In this document: in pieces, positions 25,834 to 34,935 of the stretch | Numbering within the stretch: the first letter of the stretch is position 1 | How the letters are laid out: the number at the start of each line of letters is the position of its first letter | Virus record (IMG/VR): IMGVR_UViG_3300017548_000184 | Span: 1 to 39,399 of that record | Direction: 5' to 3' (one strand) | From: a virus | Taxonomy: Duplodnaviria > Caudoviricetes | Length of the DNA stretch: 39,399 nt | Translations under genes and position numbers: made by a program | Notes under the pieces: generated by a model | What the model saw: only the letters and a program-made list of their open reading frames with translations | Told to the model about the DNA's origin: nothing | Database searches by the model: none

Positions 25834-27185
25834 GCGGCGGCGGGGTCCGTGGGCAATGGCGGCACATTCCGCGGCGGCAGGGCCGGCATCGGCTCCGGCT
25901 CGGGCGGGGCGCTGCCCTCCTCGATCGCCAGTTCCGGCCATTCGCGGGCCAGGTAGTCGCGCCCCTCCTCCTCGGTGAGGAGGCCGCCGTCGATGGTCGC
26001 CACGACGGACGCCACCTCGGCGCCACGCGCCTCGGCCTGCGCTTTCCTGGTCTGTGCCTGCTCCTGCTCGGACGGCACCCACAGCGGGTTGAACTTGAGC
26101 GTCCAGTCCTCGGGCTCGGCGCCCATCTCCGGCTGGCGCCAGAGCAGTTCGATCAGCCGCTCCATCGGGCGGCGGAGGCTGCGCGCCTGAATGCGCCCCA
26201 CCAGGGCGTAGTAGATTTCGAGGTCCGAGACGCCGGTCGAGTTCTGCCCGGCCGGCGACCGCCCGAACAGCACGGTGACCGGAATGCCCGTCGCACCGGA
26301 GAGCGCGACCTGCATCTCGTTGATCGTGTCGCGCACGCCATCGAGGCCCAGGTTCAGGACGGTGTACGCGTCCTCCTTGTCCACCACGACGGTGTTCAGG
26401 ATCGACCTGACGGTATCGACCATGTGCACCCGCTTGCGGGCGAGGTCGTCCTGGTCGTTCTCCAGCAGTTCGGCGAGGCCGAGCATGTTGTAGATGCCCT
26501 GCTGCTTCCGCTCGAGCAGGCGCTCAGACCAGCCGAGGGCCGTGTCGTAGCGCTTCACGTCGGTCGCGCAGGCGGCGAGAGCGGAGCGCCCATCCCAGGG
26601 AACACGCGGCGTGCCACCGCGGCGCGGCAGCGGGTTGCCGGTGATCCGCAGCAGCCGGCTCTCGTGTACGTCGAACGCGTCGCCGCCCTCGGGCGTGATG
26701 CGGTAGTAGATCGGCTCGCCGAAATTCGGGCGCGACGCTTCGGCATACCGCTCAGGCTGCGCCTTGATCTCCGTCACGCTGTATGCCCGCATCTCCTCGA
26801 TCCGACCGATCGGCCCGGTCTCAGGCAGCGTTTCGGTGTACGCGCCAGGAGCGATCAGCAGCACGGCCGCGGCACCATCGAGGCGGGACCACCGCACCGC
26901 ATCCTGCAGCACGCCGATCGCGCCAAGCCGATCGAACTCGGCCGCGATGGCCTCCTCGTCGTCGCCCTCGACCGTGATGCCGCGCGACAGGCAGTCGTCC
27001 GCCGGCAGGTCCACGATGCGCGCGGCGAGGCCGCGATCGCGATAGAGGGAGGCGACCTCAATGTCGGCCAGAGCACCGGTGCGAAGACCGGACAGGAAAT
27101 GCGTGCTGACCGTGCGATCCAGCCCCGGCACGCCATAGCCCATCATCGCGTTGACGTAGCCGTCGCCCGTCAGGCGGAAGCTCAC
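25830..27185 (-). CDS. Portal protein (DUF1073 family)
   Basis: DGYVN, LY....LAARIVD.PA.D, VHESRL, SGATGIPVTVLFGRSPAGQNSTG.SD..YY, F.PLW; follows TerL. Start (GTG 27185) uncertain. Confidence 0.88.
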   Translation of the reverse strand: MSFRLTGDGYVNAMMGYGVPGLDRTVSTHFLSGLRTGALADIEVASLYRDRGLAARIVDLPADDCLSRGITVEGDDEEAIAAEFDRLGAIGVLQDAVRWSRLDGAAAVLLIAPGAYTETLPETGPIGRIEEMRAYSVTEIKAQPERYAEASRPNFGEPIYYRITPEGGDAFDVHESRLLRITGNPLPRRGGTPRVPWDGRSALAACATDVKRYDTALGWSERLLERKQQGIYNMLGLAELLENDQDDLARKRVHMVDTVRSILNTVVVDKEDAYTVLNLGLDGVRDTINEMQVALSGATGIPVTVLFGRSPAGQNSTGVSDLEIYYALVGRIQARSLRRPMERLIELLWRQPEMGAEPEDWTLKFNPLWVPSEQEQAQTRKAQAEARGAEVASVVATIDGGLLTEEEGRDYLAREWPELAIEEGSAPPEPEPMPALPPRNVPPLPTDPAAA

Positions 27186-27237
27186 GGGCCTGCCGTTGCG
27201 GTCGATCGGCGCGGCCGGCCCGCGAGGCGGTTTGGCT

Positions 27238-28602
27238 TCAGCTTGCAAGGGCTCGTGCCCGCTCCAACACGGTTGATCCGGCCAGTTCCGCGAAAGCTCC
27301 GGACGCGGCATCGACGATATCGTCATGCTTTGCGGCCGGGAATCCGTCCATCTCGGTCAGCAGCGCCTCGGTCCACGGGGCCCGCAGTACGTCCACGTTG
27401 CCGGCCTGCCATTGCGCGGAGAGCGGCTCGGCGCGCACCTGCTTGTCGCCGGTCTCACGCACCACCTTGACGCGGAACCCGGCGAGATGGGTCACCAGAG
27501 ATTGCGCCTGGTCCTTCCCGGCCTGGCCGGGGTCCTGCGGCAGCACGGTCATCACGTTCTTGTGCCGCGCCTTGTCGAGCGAGGCCGTGTTGCGAATGCC
27601 CTTCCGGACGTTCGCGGCGATCTCGCGCATGTGGATCAGGTCGGCGATCACGATGCGACCGCTCTCCCGGCGCCCCATGAGCACGCCGGCCGTCCAGTCC
27701 GGATCGGCATTGTCCTCGCTCGGCACGCTCGCGGCGAGGTCCCAGCGCCGGCACCACGCCCGCACATCGGTGGGCAGCGCATCGATCAGCGTGACCTCGT
27801 GGCGCGGGAAGATCATGCCGGCGGCCGGCCGGACCTTCCAGTTGCCGCCGAGGAGCCGCTCGCGGTTGACCCGGCTCATCGCCATCAGGTTCGCCCGGTA
27901 GCCCGGATCCGCCTTGGTGAGCGCCGGGTTGTCGTCGAGCTTGGCAGCGATGAAGGTGAGCGACTTCGGCATCTGGCCGGGGAACTGCGCCATCAGCTCG
28001 GCCGCGGTGTCCGCCCAGTACAGCACGTCATTGACCCGCACGAACCACCGGATCACGCCGGAGCGCTCCGGGATCGGATAGCCGGTCTTCTGATCGATCC
28101 ACCATGCGATCAGCTCGGCAACCCAGCTGTCCGCATCGGGGTTCGTCGTGGCGCGGACATACGGTCGGACACCGGACGTCGATCGGTTGCGGGACAGCAG
28201 ATACCAGAACTGCTGCGAGGTGAACGTGGTCAGCTCGTCGAACAGCAGCAGCGGCACCTCGGAGCCGTGCCAGTTCATCACCGCGGCCTCGGTCTCGAGG
28301 TGCGCGAACTTCACGACGCCGCCGTCGGACCAGCGGTATTCCAGCGTGTTGCTGATGGGCCGACCGCCAACCAGCGGGTAGATCCGCATCGAGGCGTCCC
28401 ACAGGCCGCCCGGATTGCGCACTTGCGTCGTGGTGCGCCGGAAGCACACGGCTGCGAACGCCTTGTTCGTCGTGACGTGCCGGAGCGGCTCCATCAAGAG
28501 GGCCATGGTCTTCCCCCCGCCGGCGGCTCCGCCGAAAATGGCGATGTCGGCGGGCGACGCCAGGAACGCTTCCTGCGGGCCCGGCTGTGGCCTGATCTCC
28601 AT
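27238..28602 (-). CDS. terL: Terminase large subunit
   Basis: PQPGPQ, Walker A GGAAGGGKT, Walker B LLLFDELT, ATTNP; nuclease RRWDLAA and HDDIVDA. Confidence 0.95.
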   Translation of the reverse strand: MEIRPQPGPQEAFLASPADIAIFGGAAGGGKTMALLMEPLRHVTTNKAFAAVCFRRTTTQVRNPGGLWDASMRIYPLVGGRPISNTLEYRWSDGGVVKFAHLETEAAVMNWHGSEVPLLLFDELTTFTSQQFWYLLSRNRSTSGVRPYVRATTNPDADSWVAELIAWWIDQKTGYPIPERSGVIRWFVRVNDVLYWADTAAELMAQFPGQMPKSLTFIAAKLDDNPALTKADPGYRANLMAMSRVNRERLLGGNWKVRPAAGMIFPRHEVTLIDALPTDVRAWCRRWDLAASVPSEDNADPDWTAGVLMGRRESGRIVIADLIHMREIAANVRKGIRNTASLDKARHKNVMTVLPQDPGQAGKDQAQSLVTHLAGFRVKVVRETGDKQVRAEPLSAQWQAGNVDVLRAPWTEALLTEMDGFPAAKHDDIVDAASGAFAELAGSTVLERARALAS

Positions 28603-28611
28603 GCGTCGGGC

Positions 28612-29034
28612 TCAGCCCGTCTTCGCGTCCGGCTTCGCATCCTCCGGCGGCGCGTCCCGACCGTTGTGCGGGATGTACACGGTGACCTGGCCGGAGACGT
28701 TCACCTGCAGCGGCCCGCCATCGGCGCCCGTGTTCTCCACCCGGTTCGTCTCGCGCCAGCCAGCCTTGGTCTTCAGCCAGAAGGTCTGCGCGGTCAGGTT
28801 CCCGTCGAGAGCCTTGCGCACGAGGTTGCCAGCGATCTTCTCGTAGATTGCATCGAATCCGTTATCGATCTCGACGCGGAAATGCTTCTCCAGCGTGTTC
28901 ACGTCGATGCCGACACAACTCGCGATCTGGCGATGCGTCATGCCGCAGGCGATGGCGATCTGCACCGATTCGCGCTGCTTGGCAGTCGGTTTGAACGGTG
29001 GCCTACCGCCGCGGCGCTTGGGCTGCGCGGTCAT
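28612..29034 (-). CDS. terS: Terminase small subunit
   Basis: GRPPFKPT, HTH QIASCVGIDVNTLEKHF, AQTFWLKTKAGWRE; immediately upstream of TerL. Confidence 0.78.
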   Translation of the reverse strand: MTAQPKRRGGRPPFKPTAKQRESVQIAIACGMTHRQIASCVGIDVNTLEKHFRVEIDNGFDAIYEKIAGNLVRKALDGNLTAQTFWLKTKAGWRETNRVENTGADGGPLQVNVSGQVTVYIPHNGRDAPPEDAKPDAKTG

Positions 29035-29136
29035 GGGAGCGATGTCGCTGTGATGAGATCGTTGCCGCATCGGACACGCGAATCGCAACGATGACGAATT
29101 TCTGTGCAGCGAAAGTCCTTCGCGTCAAGCAAAAAC

Positions 29137-29709
29137 TTAAACATCTGAAATTCGCCTGCGATCATCGGGGCGGAAGAACTCGACTAACCGGTCCAGCGAG
29201 GCGAGCAGAAGGCCCAGGGCAACCTTGCGGTCGAACGCGTTCCGCCGCGCCCACGACGCCACGTCTCCGAGTTCCAGCACCACGTGGTCCATCAGCTCCG
29301 GGTACGAGCCGCCAGCGAACATGCGGGCCCGGCGGAACCGCGAGATCGCGGCCAGGCGCATCTCGGAAGTGGGCATGGACGTGGCCGGGTCGAAGCCGCC
29401 GGCCGGGACGCCCGGATCGCCGGCACGGGCAGCCTGGGCACCAAGGATGCCTGCCTCGTAGGCGCGCCGGTACCGCTCCGCCGCGGCGATGTGGAGGCGC
29501 GTGACGAGCCCGGAGCGGGCCATGAGGTTGGCGAGCGGGTCGGCACGGCGCCAGCCGGAGACGCGCTTGGCGACGCGGCGGTTGGGGTTGCTGTCGTCCG
29601 GGTCGATCCACTCGGCCGCGACCACGGTGGGCTCGCGGATGACGTCGCCGGTGGCCGGATCGACGATGGTGGCGCGGCGGACGCGCTCGGGGGTGTCCGT
29701 GGTCATCAC
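29137..29709 (-). CDS. Putative late-gene regulator (DUF6456-like, Q/RinA position)
   Basis: PL..L...G.......AAERYR..YE; C-terminal HTH-like region; last gene before terS. Confidence 0.55.
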   Translation of the reverse strand: MMTTDTPERVRRATIVDPATGDVIREPTVVAAEWIDPDDSNPNRRVAKRVSGWRRADPLANLMARSGLVTRLHIAAAERYRRAYEAGILGAQAARAGDPGVPAGGFDPATSMPTSEMRLAAISRFRRARMFAGGSYPELMDHVVLELGDVASWARRNAFDRKVALGLLLASLDRLVEFFRPDDRRRISDV

Positions 29710-30200
29710 GCCTGACCGCCGGCGCGTTCGTCGCAGATGCGCTGCCAGGCCTTGGCGGACTGCTGGCGCACGAGGCTCTCAACGAGACGCTTCGACGACC
29801 TGAAGTTGGGCGGCAGCTTGTCGTTCGGCCCAAAGTCTTCCGCCTCCCTCTGGCGGAAATACGCGTACCACGCGTGGTCTTCGCGGCTCCACCCAACACG
29901 GGATTCGTCCGCGATCAGGAGCCTCGACGAGACTGGCTTGTGCTCCTCCCACCACTCTCGGAGCCGCGAGCACAGCTCGCCGAAGGAGGGCCAGAACGGC
30001 GACTGCTTAGCCACCGCGGCGAGGCTGGCATGGGTGAACGCCTCAGGCGGAAAATCCTCGGCGAGCAACTTGGCATAGCTCGTGATACGGGGCGCCATGT
30101 CGCTCGCGCTAGCGTTCCCTGCGGCGAGGATCATGAGCGATTTCAGCCAGCTCGCGATGTGCCTCAGGTTCGGGTCTTGTGACACGGTCGAACTCCGCAA
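29706..30200 (-). CDS. Replication accessory protein (helicase loader / P-like position)
   Basis: Follows the initiator; SPFWPSFGEL motif. Start uncertain (TTG 30200 or GTG 30185). Confidence 0.5.
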   Translation of the reverse strand: MRSSTVSQDPNLRHIASWLKSLMILAAGNASASDMAPRITSYAKLLAEDFPPEAFTHASLAAVAKQSPFWPSFGELCSRLREWWEEHKPVSSRLLIADESRVGWSREDHAWYAYFRQREAEDFGPNDKLPPNFRSSKRLVESLVRQQSAKAWQRICDERAGGQA

Positions 30201-31041
30201 TGGGGTCGGCGTCGAAGTCGAGTTCGGCCCCGCTGAGCAGGGCGTGGGCGATGGTCTGGCGGGGCTTGCAGGCAGCCTTCAGCCACGCAATGGGCTCGGC
30301 CGGCCTGAGATCGCGGGCCTGCTGGATGGCCGTCAGCACGCGGGCTGCGTCGTCTCGCGCATCGCGGAGAAGCAGGCCGATCAGGCGGCGCGACTGGCCG
30401 TCGGCTTGGCCCGTGAGCGACCGCAAATCCGACAACCCGGATCGGAAAAGCTCGGTTCGGACATCGTGCGCCGGCTCGTCCGGCGCCTCTGAGCGAAGCG
30501 AAGAGGAATCTTCTTCTCTTAGGTCCTGTCTTGTCCTGTCTTGTCTTGTCAGCGGGGACGTCCGCGTCGTGTCCCCGTCTCCGTCCGCGTCCTGTCCCGG
30601 TCTCGTCCCGTTAGGTGACGGCGTCTCGTCCTCCCCGCCGTCCCCATCTCCGGGGCCGTTCCGTCTCGCCCTCCACGACGCCTTTCGGGTGCGTTCCTTG
30701 ACGCGCCTGTCCCATGCTTCGAGCGCCTCCGCGGACAGCGCCTTGTGATACAATCGACCGTCGCTGCACTTGATGAACCCGTGCAGCGCGCTGGCTTTGA
30801 CCTTGAGCCAGGTCTTCATGTCGCGGCCCAGGCCAGACAGATGGCAGAGGACGCGATCCTCGTCGGGGAGGCTGGCGGCAGGAACTTGCTGCCATGCGGC
30901 CCACCAGAGGCGGATTGCGCATCTGAACTCCGTGTCGGTAGCCCGCGCGTCAAAGTCGCTCGCAAACAACCGGTGACCAAAAAGAGGCATCCATGCCATG
31001 CCGCGCAGATCGCAGTCGGCGGGAGTGAGCGGCTCGCTCAT
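30109..31041 (-). CDS. Replication initiator, DUF1376/YdaU family
   Basis: PLTPADCDLR...WMPL, LW..AW.Q.PA.SLP.ED..L, GF.KCSDGRLYH motifs; internal repetitive linker. Confidence 0.82.
   Translation of the reverse strand: MSEPLTPADCDLRGMAWMPLFGHRLFASDFDARATDTEFRCAIRLWWAAWQQVPAASLPDEDRVLCHLSGLGRDMKTWLKVKASALHGFIKCSDGRLYHKALSAEALEAWDRRVKERTRKASWRARRNGPGDGDGGEDETPSPNGTRPGQDADGDGDTTRTSPLTRQDRTRQDLREEDSSSLRSEAPDEPAHDVRTELFRSGLSDLRSLTGQADGQSRRLIGLLLRDARDDAARVLTAIQQARDLRPAEPIAWLKAACKPRQTIAHALLSGAELDFDADPIAEFDRVTRPEPEAHRELAEIAHDPRRRER
30525..30670. repeat. Clustered short repeats (TGTC[CT], GTCCC/GTCC) inside the initiator gene; putative ori iterons
   Basis: cctgtcttgtcctgtcttgtcttgtc followed by several gtccc/gtccg/gtctc units, in the lambda-O-like linker position. 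Confidence 0.5.
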
Positions 31042-31562
31042 TAATCACCTCTGATTCTGACGAAGTTCTCTCCGTCAAAAGCGAAGACGAGAAATCTGCT
31101 CAAGGTCGCTAGCGCTTTAGCTAGAGGATCCGTCGGGCGAACAACGGAATGAACCATATGCATCGCCCTACTGTCCCGCATCGCTCTCAAGCGGTGCTCA
31201 ATTATCTCGCACTGTCGAAGCACCGCGCCGATGGAGTAAATCTTGGGTTTGATCTCTAGGATGACGTCGATCGTATCCCCGCCAGGCTCCGTGTATCGCA
31301 CTCCATCCGAGCGCTTTTTCTCATAGGATGGCTTCCGGAATTGAAGTGCGATGTCGGCAAAGCAAATTCCGAACTTTCCCGCATAGAGACGTTCAGCTTG
31401 AAGCCAACTTCTCGTCCACACCAATTCTCCCTCCGCAGCGCCCGCTTCCGAGAAGCGCTGGGTCTTCCAGTTTTCGCGCAGCCATGCGTAGATTTCCGCT
31501 TGCATCTGATCATGCTCGGGCGTGCGGTCCCGAGCTGAGTCGTGCGCTTCGCTAGGCGTCAT
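31041..31562 (-). CDS. PD-(D/E)XK nuclease-like protein (lower GC)
   Basis: EHD.MQ, E......FADI, ILEIKP, G..LRQ motifs; visibly more AT-rich than its neighbours. Confidence 0.55.
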   Translation of the reverse strand: MTPSEAHDSARDRTPEHDQMQAEIYAWLRENWKTQRFSEAGAAEGELVWTRSWLQAERLYAGKFGICFADIALQFRKPSYEKKRSDGVRYTEPGGDTIDVILEIKPKIYSIGAVLRQCEIIEHRLRAMRDSRAMHMVHSVVRPTDPLAKALATLSRFLVFAFDGENFVRIRGD

Positions 31563-31930
31563 GCGCTGCTCCCTCTATTGATGAAGCTGTCGGGCAGGAG
31601 ATTGAAGACAGCCCGCGCTGCGATACGCCGCGCATCGGACATGCGGCAGAAGCGTTCGTCGCAAATGCACAGGTCGCGGAGTCCGTGGGTATTTCCGGAA
31701 AAGTCGATCTGTGAGTTACGCCGCATGCGGTGCAACGACCGCGTGACCGTCGATTGGCTATGGCCGATACGCGCCGCGATCCATTGAACCCCTGGCCACG
31801 GCGCGCCGGATCGGATGATGCCGCGAACAGCAGCAAGCACGCAGTTGTCGATATCCTGACGGCGCAGCATGCGCTTTGGATTAAATCCCTTGAAGACTGC
31901 CGGGCGACTGCGTGGCGTCAACGTGCTCAA
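31559..31930 (-). CDS. Winged-helix DNA-binding protein
   Basis: PGVQWIAARIGHSQSTVTRSLHRM; start TTG 31930 (overlap) or ATG 31870. Confidence 0.5.
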   Translation of the reverse strand: MSTLTPRSRPAVFKGFNPKRMLRRQDIDNCVLAAVRGIIRSGAPWPGVQWIAARIGHSQSTVTRSLHRMRRNSQIDFSGNTHGLRDLCICDERFCRMSDARRIAARAVFNLLPDSFINRGSSA

Positions 31931-32517
31931 TCGATCCACCCCAACTGCGTGCCGGGTTGGCCCACCTCCCAACAGATCCAGGCAAACGCCATTGCGCCGC
32001 CCTTGTCGCGCTGCTCCTCCAGATCGCCCTTCCACATCGTGACGCGGCGGGAGAAGACCCACACGCGGGCGGGAGGGTGCGGCCCGAAGATGCTCTTTCG
32101 CCGCTCGCTGCCCTCCAGGAACGCGATGCGCTGGATGATGGCGAGCTTGCGGACGCCCAGACCAAGCGCGTGGCGCACGAAGTCGCCGGCGATTCGGAAT
32201 GGAGGATTGGTGATGATCGACTGGCAGCCGACCGGCATCTCTTGCTCGAGCAGGAAGTCCCGCCGCAGCACATCGGCGCGCTGGGGCTCCACGTCGCTGG
32301 AGACGACGCGGTAGCCCGCGGCCGCGATCGGATCGGACATCGCGCCATCGCCGGCGGCGCACTCCCATACGGCTCCCGGGAACGCCTCCCGTGCGAGCAA
32401 TGCCTCGGTCGCCCAGGCGGGCGTGCGGAACCAGTCCAGGCCGGTGCGGGGCGTGCACCGACGCTCCCGGGCGAAGCGGTTGCCGGCCGGTATCGTGCTG
32501 GCGGGCGCGTCGCTCAT
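31927..32517 (-). CDS. DNA N6-adenine (amino) methyltransferase
   Basis: ATG at 32517; DWFRTP, VWECAAGDG (motif I), DFL, IITNPPF (motif IV). Confidence 0.85.
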   Translation of the reverse strand: MSDAPASTIPAGNRFARERRCTPRTGLDWFRTPAWATEALLAREAFPGAVWECAAGDGAMSDPIAAAGYRVVSSDVEPQRADVLRRDFLLEQEMPVGCQSIITNPPFRIAGDFVRHALGLGVRKLAIIQRIAFLEGSERRKSIFGPHPPARVWVFSRRVTMWKGDLEEQRDKGGAMAFAWICWEVGQPGTQLGWID

Positions 32518-32996
32518 GCCGCCTCCCGTCGCCGCGGCGCGGCCATCTGCTGGGCATAGCTCCACAGGCAGAGCGCATCCGCCTCGTTGTGCGTGCGCGG
32601 CTCCCACCCCTGCCCCCGGCACCACGCGACCACCTCATCCTTGGACACGCGGGCGGTGCCGATCATCGCCTTGCGCACGGCGTGGGCCGGCGCCTCACGG
32701 ATCGGGATGCTGCGCCGGTACGCGAACACCTCGACCAGGAACGCGAGACCGAGCTGGATCCGTGCGGTGTTCGCGTGCGTCTGCGCCTGCGGCGGCAGCG
32801 GCGCCTCAACCACGATGCGGTCGAAATGCTGGACGGCATGAAGGTCGGACATGGCGTCCAGCAACGCCGCGCCCATCGCCCCATGCCCGGCGATGCCGGC
32901 GGGCAGGCGTATCTCGCCGTGATCCGGGGCGCGGCCAGCGCGGCCGCACGCCCAGCCGCACCGCGTCGAGATGTCCATGGCGAGGATCAGCGACAT
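32514..32996 (-). CDS. RuvC-like Holliday junction resolvase
   Basis: ILAMDISTRCGWA, IVVEAP, VRK...G.....K..V, NEADAL catalytic pattern. Confidence 0.8.
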   Translation of the reverse strand: MSLILAMDISTRCGWACGRAGRAPDHGEIRLPAGIAGHGAMGAALLDAMSDLHAVQHFDRIVVEAPLPPQAQTHANTARIQLGLAFLVEVFAYRRSIPIREAPAHAVRKAMIGTARVSKDEVVAWCRGQGWEPRTHNEADALCLWSYAQQMAAPRRREAA

Positions 32997-33003
32997 GAGG
33001 GCG

Positions 33004-33567
33004 CTACGCCGCGATCGGCGCATCTTCGGGGTTGCCGGCCTTCTTCCGCCGCCCCCGAGGTGCCTTCTCGTTCAGCCGGCCGGAGCGTTCCATAAAATCG
33101 CGGCCGGCGTCGTAGCCTTCACGCCAGACCTGTGCGTAGCGCGTGCCCGGCAGATGGGGCGAGTTGTCGGACGGATCGCCGCGGAGTGCCGCGTCGTATC
33201 CGGCCTGCTTCACGTCGGCCTCGCGGATCGTGTTCGCCGCCTCGTCGCTCGGCCGCTGCTCGTCGTCGTCGCCGAACAGATTGGCCTGGGTGCCGATCGG
33301 GATATTCGCCCATGCGGCGAGCCGCGCGAGTTCGCGGTTGAACTGCTCGACCGCATCCGGGTCCTGCTTCTGCAGGCGGAGAAGCTCGGTGATGACGCCG
33401 GGGTTGAAGCCGGCCGATTTCGCGGCCTTGAGCTTCGCGCGATAGATGCCGTTGGCCTCCTCGAACTCGCGCTTCGCCTTGCGGATTTCCGACCAGTGCT
33501 TGGCGAACTCGTCCGGTCCGGGCTGGTTGTGGCCGATCTCGGGATCGTCCGACATGCGACGCGCCAT
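33004..33567 (-). CDS. GapR/DUF2312-like DNA-binding domain fused to an Rmf-like C-terminal motif
   Basis: IGHN, AKLKAAKSAGFNP..I..LL.L.KQDP; then GYDAALRG....SPH.PGT....W.EGYDAG. Confidence 0.6.
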   Translation of the reverse strand: MARRMSDDPEIGHNQPGPDEFAKHWSEIRKAKREFEEANGIYRAKLKAAKSAGFNPGVITELLRLQKQDPDAVEQFNRELARLAAWANIPIGTQANLFGDDDEQRPSDEAANTIREADVKQAGYDAALRGDPSDNSPHLPGTRYAQVWREGYDAGRDFMERSGRLNEKAPRGRRKKAGNPEDAPIAA

Positions 33568-34319
33568 CAGCGCACTCCATGTGTGAGAGGGGGATGCGGT
33601 TGCGCTCCGCCCGCAAAATGCGCGCCGCCGCCCCGGTGGTCTGGAACGACGGCGCAGTTTGACAGGGAGGAACGCACGTCCGGCGACGTGGGCTTGCGGC
33701 CCGCGTCGGCATCGCGCACGGCGCGCGACGCTTCATGGCGGCCCGGGGCCGCGATGGGGTTGCAGCGCCGCGCCAGCTCGACCAGCCATGCGGCCAGAGC
33801 CGGCGGCGTTGCTTCGTACTCCGGCTTGCTGATGCTAGGGCGGGCCGTGGCGCGATTGCGGCCAGACCATAGGCCGACCGTATGTGTCGCCTCGCCCAGG
33901 CGCATGGGCATTTTCGGAACTCGGTTGGGGCCAATCCCAACGATATAGAGTCGCGTCCGTTTGCGTGCTCTATGCCCCCACCAGTGCTGATCGACTATGA
34001 GGGTCCATCCGCCGAACGCGTCTCGCCCGCCTGGATCAGGCAGGCCAGCAACGCGCCAGAGCGTGGAGTTGAGTGGGTGCTCCAGCACACCGCCCCATTC
34101 GCGCACCTGCTCGATCGCCCAAAGGGCGAGATCGCGTTCTCCGGGCATCGGCTTCGCGCAGTGCCGCAGACTGGCCCATGCGCGACACGGAGGATGCGCC
34201 ACCACCGGCATGCCGCCCGGAAACGTCCGCGCATCGCGATCGATGTCGTACACGTCGCAGCCGGCGAGCCACTTGTAGACGCTATCGCGGCGCGCGAAGA
34301 TAACGGCGATCTCTTTCAC
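33567..34319 (-). CDS. Atypical C5-cytosine methyltransferase-like protein
   Basis: GTG at 34319; VVAHPPC (motif IV), VLEHP (VI-like), VDQ.WWGH...K.T.L (VIII-like); no FxGxG motif I. Confidence 0.6.
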   Translation of the reverse strand: MKEIAVIFARRDSVYKWLAGCDVYDIDRDARTFPGGMPVVAHPPCRAWASLRHCAKPMPGERDLALWAIEQVREWGGVLEHPLNSTLWRVAGLPDPGGRDAFGGWTLIVDQHWWGHRARKRTRLYIVGIGPNRVPKMPMRLGEATHTVGLWSGRNRATARPSISKPEYEATPPALAAWLVELARRCNPIAAPGRHEASRAVRDADAGRKPTSPDVRSSLSNCAVVPDHRGGGAHFAGGAQPHPPLTHGVR

Positions 34320-34705
34320 ACGCGCCTCCCGCCCCGCGTCCGCTGCGGGAACAGCGACCGGTTGGCCCGCATCCACGACAGCAGCGTGCCGAACGGGATG
34401 CCGACGGCCCGGGCGATGTCGGCCTTGATCTCACCCTGCGCCCACAGATCGGCCGCACGCCGGACGATGCGGGCCTTCTGCAGGTCCGTGTAATCGACGC
34501 GGGGCTTGGTGAACGGGGCTTCGGGCTGCGCGGGCTCCGGCGTGGCGACCGCCTCGACGACGTGGCGCGGCTGCGCTGTCGGCTGCGGCACGGTCGGCTG
34601 CGGCATGGGCCGTCCCAATATTCTGGCAGCCACCTCCGGATGCTGGCGCGCAGCGATGGCACGTGCGCGCGCAATGGCCGCCTGGGCGGGGCTGAGGTCG
34701 CTCAT
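34316..34705 (-). CDS. Hypothetical protein with C-terminal HTH
   Basis: ATGA-coupled; LWAQG...ADIARAVGIPFGTL. Confidence 0.6.
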   Translation of the reverse strand: MSDLSPAQAAIARARAIAARQHPEVAARILGRPMPQPTVPQPTAQPRHVVEAVATPEPAQPEAPFTKPRVDYTDLQKARIVRRAADLWAQGEIKADIARAVGIPFGTLLSWMRANRSLFPQRTRGGRRV

Positions 34706-34935
34706 CGGACTGCCCACCAGATCAGCATCCAGATCGCGCCCGACACAGCGCCGGCGACAGCCCACCAGCCGAGGCGCGGAGCGTCGTCGGCCTCGTCCGC
34801 GACGGTGACGTATCCCGCGCGCGCCAGCGCGGCCTGCGCATCCGCCTCGGTCGCGTAATGGGCATACTGCGCGTGGTCGTCCACGATGGCGTAGCCGCCG
34901 GTCTCGGCGGCGATGATGCGGAGGGGGGACGTCAT
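34702..34935 (-). CDS. Small protein with C-terminal TM
   Basis: 77 aa, ATGA-coupled at both ends; WWAVAGAVSGAIWMLIWW. Confidence 0.55.
   Translation of the reverse strand: MTSPLRIIAAETGGYAIVDDHAQYAHYATEADAQAALARAGYVTVADEADDAPRLGWWAVAGAVSGAIWMLIWWAVR

Noticed and set aside
25830-27185. Possible 'anti-CBASS Acb1 family' label sometimes attached to DUF1073 proteins
   Set aside because: Its position between TerL and gp7 and its motifs indicate a portal, and I see no separate 2H-phosphodiesterase domain with paired HxT/S motifs.
8214-29094. Many long plus-strand ORFs (e.g. 8214-10520, 11771-13372, 14616-16331, 22290-23990, 27325-29094)
   Set aside because: They are antisense shadows of well-supported minus-strand structural genes in high-GC DNA, are Arg/Gly/Ala-biased, and show no recognisable motifs.
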